This document shows positions 24,001-32,981 of a stretch of 64,000 nt of DNA, piece by piece. The DNA lies in NCBI GenBank assembly GCA_905178155.1, contig CAJINV010000021.1, positions 225,760-289,759 on the forward strand. Direction: 5' to 3'. The stretch comes from Amoebophrya sp. A120. Taxonomy: Eukaryota; Protista; Dinoflagellata. The position numbers and the translations under genes are program-made. Position 1 is the stretch's first letter; every line of letters starts with the position of its first letter. Below the pieces are notes generated by a model. That model did not search any database, was not told the origin of the DNA, and saw only the letters and a program-made list of their open reading frames with translations.

Positions 24001-26939
24001 ATGCACCTCGAAGAATCGGAAGAGGAGTTTCTCTTTCATGACTCCATCCAGGAGCAAGAGATGTTGCTGTCAGATGCGATGCAAAACAGTCGCAAAGGGG
24101 TGAAACGGAGCAGGCCCGCGAGCTCCGCCCCTGCAGCCGCACCTGCGGCATTCGCGTCGTCCTCGGCATCGTCTTCCTCGTCCGCCCAGCCGAAAATGGA
24201 CCCCTTGGAATTGTTCAAGTCGAAGTGCAATTCGGCATTTGGGAAAGGGAAAGGAATGAAAGGTAAATCCGCAGGCAAGAGCAAAGGGAACTTCCATCAC
24301 ACTCCGACCGGTACAGGCCTGTTCCAGAATGAGATCACCCCCGCTACAGCAGGAGTAGATGACGATGAGGAGTACGAGCCAGAAGCGGAGCCTCCCGCGC
24401 CAACATGGGACTGGCAGAATGCCACGGAAGAGGATCTCTTCCCGGCGGCACAGCGCAAAGGCAAAGGCGGGAAGGCACCGATGGGATCCATGTCGGGCAA
24501 GAAAGGAGCACGGTCGCACCCGTACTCCTCCCCGTCGGCGCCAGCAGCACCGAAACTGCACCCCAGTGTCTGGCACTATGGAATTCCATCCCAGGGTGCG
24601 TGCAACATGCACCCGTCAGCAGCCATGTACCAGCCATACGCGTTTCAAGATCCCTTTGCTCCCCACCACGCCGACAACTTTCACCTGCTGCCACCACCAG
24701 TAGAACCATCCACCGCGAATGCGTATGGTCGGTGCACTCGTCGCGCAGGACGAGTTGCGATCGACGAGTGGGGGTATCCACTTATTGAAGATGCAGAATC
24801 CCCAGCAAACTGGGATTATACATCTTCTATGCATTACAAATTTCCTCCCACTGCTCTTTTCTCCCGAATTATAGTGTTTAGCATAGGATATTCTGGCTAG
24901 GGTGTATTCTTGTTGTCTAGTATTACAACAAGCCTGGTGATGACCATCTTATGATGTAGCCAAGTGCAGACTAGCGCTCGGTGTAGGGCACGCCTAAATT
25001 GTGCCGGCGCGCCTAAATAGTGCCAGTCGGTAGCATGGTGACAGACAGCAGAATTCCCAGGAACTTGATCTGACGCAGGCTATTTTGTATTTTCCATTTG
25101 TGAAGAAATACAAATATTTGCCCGAATCAAGTATTTAGCATACCGTATTCTGGCTAGGGTGGTCTCCACTTCCTCACGTCACCAGAACAGCTGCGTGATG
25201 AGAGCAACCGAAAGGATTTGATCCGTCCTGTGACAGACTAGCGCTCGGTGTAAGGCACGCCTAAATAGTGCCGGCACGCCTAATTAGTGCCAGTTGGTAG
25301 CATGGTAACTGATAGATGGGAACCAAACTCTGACCAAAGCTGGTTTTTGGTCCCCCCTCGTCCGTTGCACAAGCTGCGCTGTAGCGCGCGCACAAGAGAA
25401 TCGCTGCGAGCTCAGAGCCTAAATTTCATGTCGCCATCAGCCTGCAGGCTCGTCTGCAGTGTGGTGTAGCACTAGTTCTCATCATCTCAGCAATTTGTCG
25501 TGCCCACTTCGGGCATCACCTCTATAGGTAGCCAGAATATGTCATGCTAAACACAGAATTAGCAAAAGAAAAGAGCCTCTCCTCCGCCTGCATACCAGTT
25601 GAAGATCAGGAAGCCTTCATCGCCGCCGCCTCGTTCGAGATGTACTGGAGATGCACCGGCACCGCGACAGACGCGCAGACAGTAGTCTTGAACTGTCTCC
25701 TGTTCCGCATTCTGATGCGGATTGTGATGACGAAAATAGGACTAGAGGCCTACGAGATGTACTACTCCGACGAAGAACTAGCAGCATCCACGAAGTCCAT
25801 GTTCTGCACCAACAAAGCCACGCTAGCATATGTAGCCTCTCAGCGAGTCCTAGCCGTCAAGAAGACCATGGCGCAGGCCGCGGTGGTGTTATCGCTGAAC
25901 GGATTTAATCCGAAGAGTTATTCATCCGAAGCCGAGGTAACAGGTGCTGTTAAGGTAATGGCAAAGCCACCCTTTTCCGACACGTCCTTGGTGACCGCCA
26001 TGCTCACCCTGGGAAAGACGATGTTGACAGCAGTCGCGTGGCAATATGCATTGCAAAAGTGTACTGCCTCAGGATTCTTGTCTGCATGCTTGTGATGCTA
26101 ATTTGAATTGTGATTGCACATTTATAATGCTGGGTCAGTACATCTTCACCCAGCATAACGTAGGAGCAGAAACCAAAGTGAACTGCACCTTCCTAGGTCT
26201 TAAAACTGAGACCTGGGCAAAAGTGCAAAAAAGCTGCGAAAAGGTTTTCGACACCCTTGCCCTCAATGAGGGCAAAGAACATGAACTGGAACTGAAAGAA
26301 GCCACCACTATTTCCGATAACCTCTCGTCTACGAAGTTGATTTCCGCCCTCGTCGCGGCCTCCGACGTTTTCCCACAGGACAGCCTCCTTGATCGCCTTG
26401 TGGAGCTCGAAGACAGGTTGAAGAACACGTTCGGAATAGTTACTGCAGTAGAGAAAATGCAGAAGCGGGAATTGATAAAGCACATGTCCATCTACCTCTC
26501 TGGGCTCAAAAAAGCCCTGGTGACGCCTTCGATCGACGACATCGTGGTGTGGCTGAACAGCAGGAGATCGTTGATTCCGTTCGCACAGAAGGCCACGATC
26601 ACCACGAAAGGCAAGAACAAAGGGAAAGGTAAGCAAAAGAAATCGTGGACCGTCACCAAGGACAATGAAAAAGGGAAGACCAAAGGTAAGGGTAAAAACA
26701 AAAAAGGAAAAGGAAAAGGTAAAGGAGGTGCAAATTCCTCTGACTTTGCCTCTATGGTGGATGATTATTCTACGAGAAATGGTTGTACTCGAGTCAGCTT
26801 GCGATTACCTACGCATGACAAATGCTTGTCCTCAGGGAAAGCAGTATGATACTTTCCCTCTCTCCTCGTCAAAATTGCAATGCAACTGGTACTAGCACAG
26901 CATTTCTGCACTTGCATATCAGCGGCGCCGCGACCATAG
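21072..26939 (+). CDS. Large Gag-like/unknown protein (~1564 aa), 5 predicted exons
   Basis: Exons 21072-21122, 21271-24826, 25599-26044, ~26127-26751, 26923-26939 give one open frame with KGKGK-rich patches. Intron 1 is GT-AG; the others are TAT...ATA type. Gag call is positional only. Confidence 0.6.
24859..24899 (+). promoter_or_regulatory. Conserved upstream motif, copy 1
   Basis: ttctcccgaattatagtgtttagcataggatattctggcta. Confidence 0.65.
24899..25086 (+). ncRNA. Box C/D-like RNA 1 with twin GCCTAAATW-loop hairpins
   Basis: 5' hairpin cttgttgt/acaacaag; terminal stem agcctg/caggct; C gtgatga 24937-24943, D' caga 24967, C' tggtga 25036, D ctga 25070; T-rich end. Confidence 0.7.
25118..25156 (+). 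promoter_or_regulatory. Conserved upstream motif, copy 2
   Basis: ttgcccgaatcaagtatttagcataccgtattctggcta. Confidence 0.65.
25156..25348 (+). ncRNA. Box C/D-like RNA 2, paralog of RNA 1
   Basis: Stem cagct/agctg; C 25195-25201, D' 25234, D 25330; core 25234-25309 nearly identical to 24967-25042 but the guide segments differ; T5 end. Confidence 0.7.
25395..25529 (-). ncRNA. Box C/D-like RNA 6, antisense to the host gene
   Basis: On minus: 5' hairpins, stem ttgctg/cagcga, C atgatga (25485-25479), D' caga, C' ctgatgg, D ctga (25415-25412). Confidence 0.65.
25529..25567 (-). promoter_or_regulatory. Conserved upstream motif, minus-strand copy
   Basis: Reverse complement reads ttttgctaattctgtgtttagcatgacatattctggcta(c). 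Confidence 0.6.
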
Positions 26940-26953
26940 CAAAAGTGTTCAAG

Positions 26954-27399
26954 ATGGACAAACAACGGGTGCTCCGCGAATGCGGATGCGTCATGTATGT
27001 CCTCGACAAAAGACGCATCACGGTACCTATTTACTACAGCTTATTTTGTTTTGTAATATTTAACTGTTGCCCGAACTGATGTATTTAGCACACGTCATTC
27101 TGGCTACCTAGACCTGAGCTCTTCGTAAGATATTGCGAAGTTGTGTGGGCGACTGGCCAACGCCGCTAACACAACGGTGGCCAAGTCGTGGTTCAGGAGC
27201 CGGATATGGCCACGACTAACCACCCGCCTTTTCTCCCCATCATTGTACTAAAACAAACTCCCAGGTTGGTGGAAAGCAGTGGTACTGCAAGCACAAGTCC
27301 GGCCACGAAACCGAACACGCAACTGCTGACGCATGGTGCGAGGAGGTGGAAAAGGTTAAGAAAATGCGTAGCTGGGACGAAGAAGAGGAGGATGAGTAA
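26954..27399 (+). CDS. 67-aa Cys/His-containing protein with acidic tail, 2 exons
   Basis: Exons 26954-27022 and 27265-27399; phase-0 GT-AG intron with tactaa branch-like site. MDKQRVLRECGC...WYCKHKSGH...DEEEEDE. Confidence 0.65.
27067..27106 (+). promoter_or_regulatory. Conserved upstream motif, copy 3
   Basis: ttgcccgaactgatgtatttagcacacgtcattctggcta. Confidence 0.65.
27106..27232 (+). ncRNA. Structured RNA 3, class unknown, intronic
   Basis: Hairpins cttcgtaa/ttgcgaag, gttgtg/cacaac, ggtgg/ccacc enclosing agtcgtggt/gccacgact; T4 end. Confidence 0.55.
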
Positions 27400-28100
27400 T
27401 TGACTCATCCTCCTGTGATCAAGTTTTTTCTTGAATCAAAATGAATGAAGAGCCAAGGATGCTCCGAACGTGTGGCTATGACTACACAGAAAATGTACAG
27501 CGTAGTTTTGCTGGAATTGAGACTTCGTATTTTCTCAGTAAATGAACGGAAGAATTGATGTGTTTTTGTTAAAATCAAAACCAATTTGAGAACAAGAACA
27601 CGCTTGCTAGCGTACTCCCGCCAAACCACGCTGCAATCAGCCCTTGTCTCATGGTGTGCAGCATGTGAGCGTGCAAGTAGTCTGCATCACTCGGTCTAGA
27701 GCGAAAAACAGCAACATAGCAATCTGTTGAGAGCATGTGAAGCTAGAACATAGTGCTACCTCACGGAGTAGACACATGCTGAGCGAACAGAGCGTGAGTG
27801 ACAGAGTAAAAAATGTACAGAGCACGCCTTTAAAAAAACTAGTCCTCAAACGCTGTAGGGTCAGAGAGGTTGTTCTTTGTGAGCACAGCAGCACATCACA
27901 AAAATGAAGTAAAGAAGAAGTTGCGTCTAGCACGCCGCCGGAAAAGAGTACCCGCTTTTACTAAAGTCAAGTGTCTTTCTTTGCATCGAAACTTGTGTCA
28001 TGATTGCATTCTTCTGTTGCCGTCGATGCTTGAACGCAATTCCCATCTGAAATTTGAGAATTGCAACACAACCACAGGTACACGCCCGCTTGTCTTGACC

Positions 28101-31100
28101 ATGGCCGCACACCTTGCACGCCACCGAAGGCACGCCCAGCATGACTACTCGCAAGACCTTGTGCAAGTAGTCCGCAATGTACGAAAAGCCTCGTGCAGAG
28201 AAGAAAAGAAAAGGGTAAGCCCCTTTTTCTTTTCATGACTTCTCTGCTGCAATAGAAACTTTCATTCGGCCCGCGATGCGCTAAGGCAGGCAGCCCAGCA
28301 ATAATAGACCAAAAAAGTGTTATTCGGCTTTTTTGCCCGAAGTTGAGTAATTAGCAAAGGTAATCTGGCTACCCTCCTTTTAGCTTCCCCATAGGAGTAA
28401 CAAGCCGCGGTAAGTGGTACAGGGGGACGCCCCTGATCGCTAGTCCTAGCCACTCGATTAGGACAGTGCAGCATGCCGTTACTGAACCAGTGATGATCCG
28501 GGAGGGAACGTACAACCCTTCTGGTGAGCTGACAACATCAGGTCCCTGCCAGTCGCTAACGCCGCAAGGCAACCTCTGCGAACGGCTAGCCCACCCCGCG
28601 CAGCGCGCTCCCCTTTTTTCCGCGCAGCGCTCCCCCCCAAATGAGCTATAAATATCGAAAATGCCACCTTTTTTGCCCGAATCGAGTATTTAACAGACGA
28701 ATTCTGGCTACCCGGTTTTCCGTTTGCTCTACTGGTCAGAAGCCGCGTTGGTGGTATGGGGGGACGCCTCCTTTCGCCTAGCATCGTAGCCTACTCACAC
28801 CAGCAAGATCAGGGTCGCTCCCTGTCCGCCTGGCAGTCCTCGGACACCTTCACGTTGGGCTAGGTCCACCGCGCGCACGGCCCCCGGGTTATTTTGTCTT
28901 CCCCAATCCTCCTCTCTTCCGTGTCAAGTCTGTGCTGGGCTGCCGACCACCTAGCCGTAGCGCTAACTACTAGGACATGCATAACAAAATGCATCACAGA
29001 TACTTACGGAGGTCGCGGAAAGGATGTCCATGGGTGTAGAGGACGTCATCTCCAAGAAAAATCTAGATAGTGTGAGACTGGGCCACGCACAAGACCTAGA
29101 GGTCCAGCCCGCGCATGTGAAGGACTTAAATATTTATTACACAAAGTGTGGTAGCACGGCGCTCACGACAGATGTCAAAGCGCCCGCCCTGCTAGCAAAT
29201 ATTGCAAGAGACTGCGATTTCGCAACGCAGGAGGTACGCGACAGGCTGTTTGGCTTCTATGACAGCGATCAGCTCTGGCACCCGACAGGCCACTTCAGCA
29301 TGGGGATTCCAGTTAGAGGGATAATAGATAAGTACGGCCTCTGGGAAGGCGCAAAAAACCTGTCAGACGACGAAATTCTTAGACTAAATAACTGCCCAGT
29401 CACCCCCGAAGCTAGAGACCTGGCACGAAAAGAATTCTCGACGGTAAGGCGGAAGCCATACCCTTTCGAGACGCCAGAATTGCTGGAAAAAGGGATAGAA
29501 GAGATCAATAGGAATATTTTTGATCCGTCGAAGCCAATAGCGCCAGACAACAGTCCAGTGCTGTGGCCGACGAAGTCGCCAGAAGAAGTAGAAAAAGACC
29601 CGAAGGCCGTGATAATACCGGTCTTCACCCTAGGCCAAAAATTCTGCCCGATAGGGCAATTTTACAAAAAATATCGCATCATAGCAAACGAAAAGCACAT
29701 CAATAACAAAATGTCCGCGATACAGGAACACCTTAGCCTTAGCGACTTCCCGACAATCGTCGATGCAGTGCAGTCTGTGATTGCCCCGGGGTGTGACATC
29801 CCAGTGGTGTTTCTCAAGAACCACCTGTACACGCAAATCCTAGAAAATGCTGACACAGGAGCTTCTTGGGAAGACATAGATAGGATCAAAGGAGGGTGGA
29901 AGCCACCGGATAACTCCGATGGCTTTGTCCCATGCTTGTCGAAACTAGATTTGTACCAAGCGTACTTTCAGCTAGCGAACAATGAAAGTGAAAACTACTA
30001 CATCAGTGTAATACGCCCAGATGGGTCCGTAGAAGTAGTGCGGAATACAGCGCTTACATTTGGCAATTTGCATTCGGTATTCCACTTTGTAGGCAGCTCG
30101 TCCGAGTTGTTACAAAAAGTCTTACGTTTTTACTTAAGAGCCCCCTTCTACGTGTACATCGATGATATTATCAGCATGATGATAGCCGTGCTTGCTGCGC
30201 ACGCACTGTCGTGTGCCAAGCGGATAGTGGCCGCACTAGGCTACGCGCAGAGCGACAGAAAAGATGAGGTAGGTCGCATAGGACAGACTGTAGAAGTGTT
30301 AGGCATTAACTACCGCCCCGAGCAGGAGAGCGCACACTTTGACATGCCCCCAGACAAAGTGGTGTCTGCGCTGGAATTGATAGATGACTTCCTCATCCTT
30401 GTAGCGTGTTGCGCTGTGACGTTAGTCAAAACACAGCGGCTACTAGGCACCCTGATCCACCATCTGTATTTTCGCAAATATGCGGATTGTGGCGCAGCGA
30501 TCTCCTTGATGAACAGGCTCACGTGCCCGCGCGAGCAAGGGCGTATGAACGCGCCCCAGCAAGGAGGCACACGAAAAGCAGCATCGGTGCTGCTTCTGCA
30601 AACCAGAGATGCTATCGAGAAAAACGCCCCCTTTACACTATCAGCAGCTATGGTACATGAGCAGTGCGCTGAACTGTATACAGACGCCGCACAAGACGAC
30701 GATGGGATATGGCTCGGAGGCGTCATACACAGAGACGACTCCGTGCCGTATTACTTTCGACTGTCACACTCGAAGCTAGTAAAAAACTTCGAGCTGCCCA
30801 CACGGCTAAAAAACCGGAAAATATACTTCTATGAGCTTCTTGCAATTTTCGTAGGCCAAGTTCTGTTCGAGCAGATGCTCAAGAACACAGTAGGAATATC
30901 GCATGTAGATAATATAGGGGCAGCCTTCGCAGTCGTGAAAGGAATCGCCCACGACGTACCGGGGGCAGTGATGGCATCCCTGATAACGCGCCGCAGGCGC
31001 GATGATAATAACAAAGCTATCACGCACTACGTGCGCAGCAAGCTAAATCATTCAGACGCAGTCACACGAGATAGACAGCGCGACTTTGAGCTGTTCCTGT

Positions 31101-31222
31101 CGAAGACAGGAGCAGTGCATGTTGATGAAATTCTCCCGGACTGGGCACAAAAACTAGGTGAAGCCCTGCAGTTTGTGTCGTCAGAAATCGAGAAATTTGA
31201 AAAAATTGTGAGCAGTTTGTGA
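28101..31222 (+). CDS. DIRS-type reverse transcriptase-RNase H, 2 exons
   Basis: Exons 28101-28214 and 29000-31222 (phase-0 GT-AG). RT motifs KLDLYQAYFQL, LTFG, YVYIDD, EVLGI; RNase H motifs LYTDAA, ELLAI, VDN, YVRSKLNHSDAVTR. Confidence 0.9.
28333..28371 (+). promoter_or_regulatory. Conserved upstream motif, copy 4
   Basis: ttgcccgaagttgagtaattagcaaaggtaatctggcta. Confidence 0.65.
28371..28619 (+). ncRNA. Structured RNA 4, class unknown, in the RT intron
   Basis: Shares 5' block aagccgcg..gtggta..gggggacgcc..ctag and 3' block ggctag..ccacc..cgcgca with RNA 5; T6 end. Confidence 0.55.
28673..28710 (+). promoter_or_regulatory. Conserved upstream motif, copy 5
   Basis: ttgcccgaatcgagtatttaacagacgaattctggcta. 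Confidence 0.65.
28710..28895 (+). ncRNA. Structured RNA 5, paralog of RNA 4
   Basis: Terminal stem acccgg/ccgggt begins exactly at the end of the motif; conserved blocks as in RNA 4; T4 end. Confidence 0.55.
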
Positions 31223-31881
31223 AAAGATATTCCCTCACCTCAGGTGCAGCGAAGGCCAAAAGCACAAGCAAAAGAGCCCAGGCGCCCGAACTCTCGTGCA
31301 GCGAACCTGTTCAGAGACCCAAAAGTAAAGCTACGAATCGATGAAGAACTTCGTGTGTGGCCAGCTGAGCTTTCGTACGGCTATGACTACGCAAGAAATA
31401 GATCGTGCAGATGGGCAGCGTTCGTAAGCTGGTTTAACGTGAACTACACGAAGAAAATTAGAATACCAAAATATAATGAGCCGCTGGCTACGCTCCAGTG
31501 CCCGGAAATGACGTTCATGTCAGAACTATACGCGTATGGTAAGCACCTGATAGACGTAGAGCAAGGGAATTCGTACCATCTACACATCAGCACAATCGCA
31601 CAAAGGCTAAAGCAGATCAATAAGCTAGAATCCAGGTCCCCGCTCGCCCACGAAAATCAGTGGACATGCTACGCCAGCCTGAATAGACTCAAAGCCCAAG
31701 CAGACCCACAAAAAGCCACCCCCGTCTCTAGGACGCAGATGCAGGGCCTTCGAGCATCAGATCTGATACTAGTAAAATTTTGGATCGCGACAGCATTTCG
31801 CATTAGTAGTTTTGCACCAGTATCAAGCGAGTGCATCTATGACATAGGAGATCAGGATGGAGTTAAGTGGGCAGAGATATN

Positions 31882-31977
31882 TCGCGACAGCATTTCGCAT
31901 TAGTAGTTTTGCACCAGTATCAAGCGAGTGCATCTATGACATAGGAGATCAGGATGGAGTTAAGTGGGCAGAGATAT
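31882..31977. repeat. 96-bp duplication at an N (probable assembly overlap artifact)
   Basis: Matches 31785-31880, separated by a single n at 31881. Confidence 0.85.
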
Positions 31978-32981
31978 CAGGCGGACGGACCGCCGCCGGA
32001 TTTTTCCGCTAAAACGCGGCTGAAAAGATGCTAAAAGAAAAAAAAGCGGCCCCGGGGCCGCGCGCGAGGCGGCGAAGCTTTTCCGGGCTGGTGCCGGCTC
32101 GAAGGGGGCTGCGGCCCCGCCGGTCCGGAGGCGCGCCCCTACCCCGGCCTTTGCTTCCCGGCGGGCCCCCTCGTCGCGCGAGGCCCCTCGGCTTCCCTTT
32201 GGCGGCGTTTTGGCGGCCCCTTCTCTTCCCCGCGTTGCATTTGGCCGGCGCGGCGGCCCGGCTCCCTTGGCGCCCCACATTCTTTCACCGGGGGGTTTGT
32301 TTTGGCAGACCGGCCGGGGGGCCCCCGGAGGTCCGCGGGCCGGACCCGGAAGCCGGGAAAAACCCGGGGAAGCCGACCCGGTAAAACCCCAGAAATGGCC
32401 AAAAAAGGAACGCGCTAAAATTTTTAGCAGACCCCAAAAACCGACGAAAATTGGCAGGGGGGGTACGAAAACCCTCAGGAATGATTAGGAAAAATTTTAG
32501 CACGAAATTAGCAGAGAATTAGCAGACATATTAGCAGACTTTTTAGCATGTTTTCAGCACCAAAACCGGACCCCAAACTTTACAAATTAGCAGAGGTTTA
32601 GCAGACTTTTAGCATATTATTAGCATACTATTAGCATATAATTAGCATGATCCTCGCGGACCGGCAGCCCGGTGAGAATCCAAAGAATGCGCCAGCAGGG
32701 GATCCCGGAAAGCGGGGGGGCGTTTTTGGGGGGTTCGTCCGGTTCTCCTCGGAAAGTTTTTTTGTCCGGCTCCGGGCAAAGGACACTGGCGGCGATTCCA
32801 GCTGCGAGCAGAAGCCTGCCATCAATGCATTCGCCGCGCCCCTTCCTTCGCCGGGGCCCCGGGCCTTCGTATTGTGCCGCCCCCGCAATCGCGGCCCTCC
32901 GGATTTCGCATGGTGCGGATTTTTTTTAGCACTATAACAGCACCAAATTACGAAAAAAGGCCGGCGGCGATCGTCGCCCTG
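31978..32981. mobile_element. 1004-bp non-autonomous hAT-like TIR element, 8-bp TSD AGAGATAT
   Basis: Imperfect TIR caggcggacggaccgccgccgg / ccggcggcgatcgtcgccctg; TSD at 31970-31977 and 32982-32989; central cluster of ttagca repeats. Confidence 0.85.

Noticed and set aside
24992-25019. CCTAAA loops as a telomerase template for TTTAGGG
   Set aside because: Less than one full repeat; no 1.5-repeat template.
25190-25215. Hammerhead ribozyme (tgatga...gaaa)
   Set aside because: The core is GTGATGA not CTGANGA and the stems are missing; box C with a terminal stem fits better.
26045-26138. Counting this TAT-starting intron among the 5-nt-rule introners
   Set aside because: The frame needs an 82-nt (or 94-nt) removal, which does not fit element plus 5 nt; the boundary is unresolved.
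28403-28413. agccgcggtaa matches the SSU rRNA 530 loop
   Set aside because: Only 11 nt, not kept in paralog RNA 5, and no rRNA context.
24859-28710. Motif as a relict spliced leader or CRISPR-like repeat
   Set aside because: Only loose similarity to DCCGTAGCCATTTTGGCTCAAG; spacing is irregular, one copy is inverted, and there are no cas genes.
31785-31977. 96-bp tandem duplication in YR as biology
   Set aside because: Identical copies flank a single N, typical of an unmerged contig overlap.
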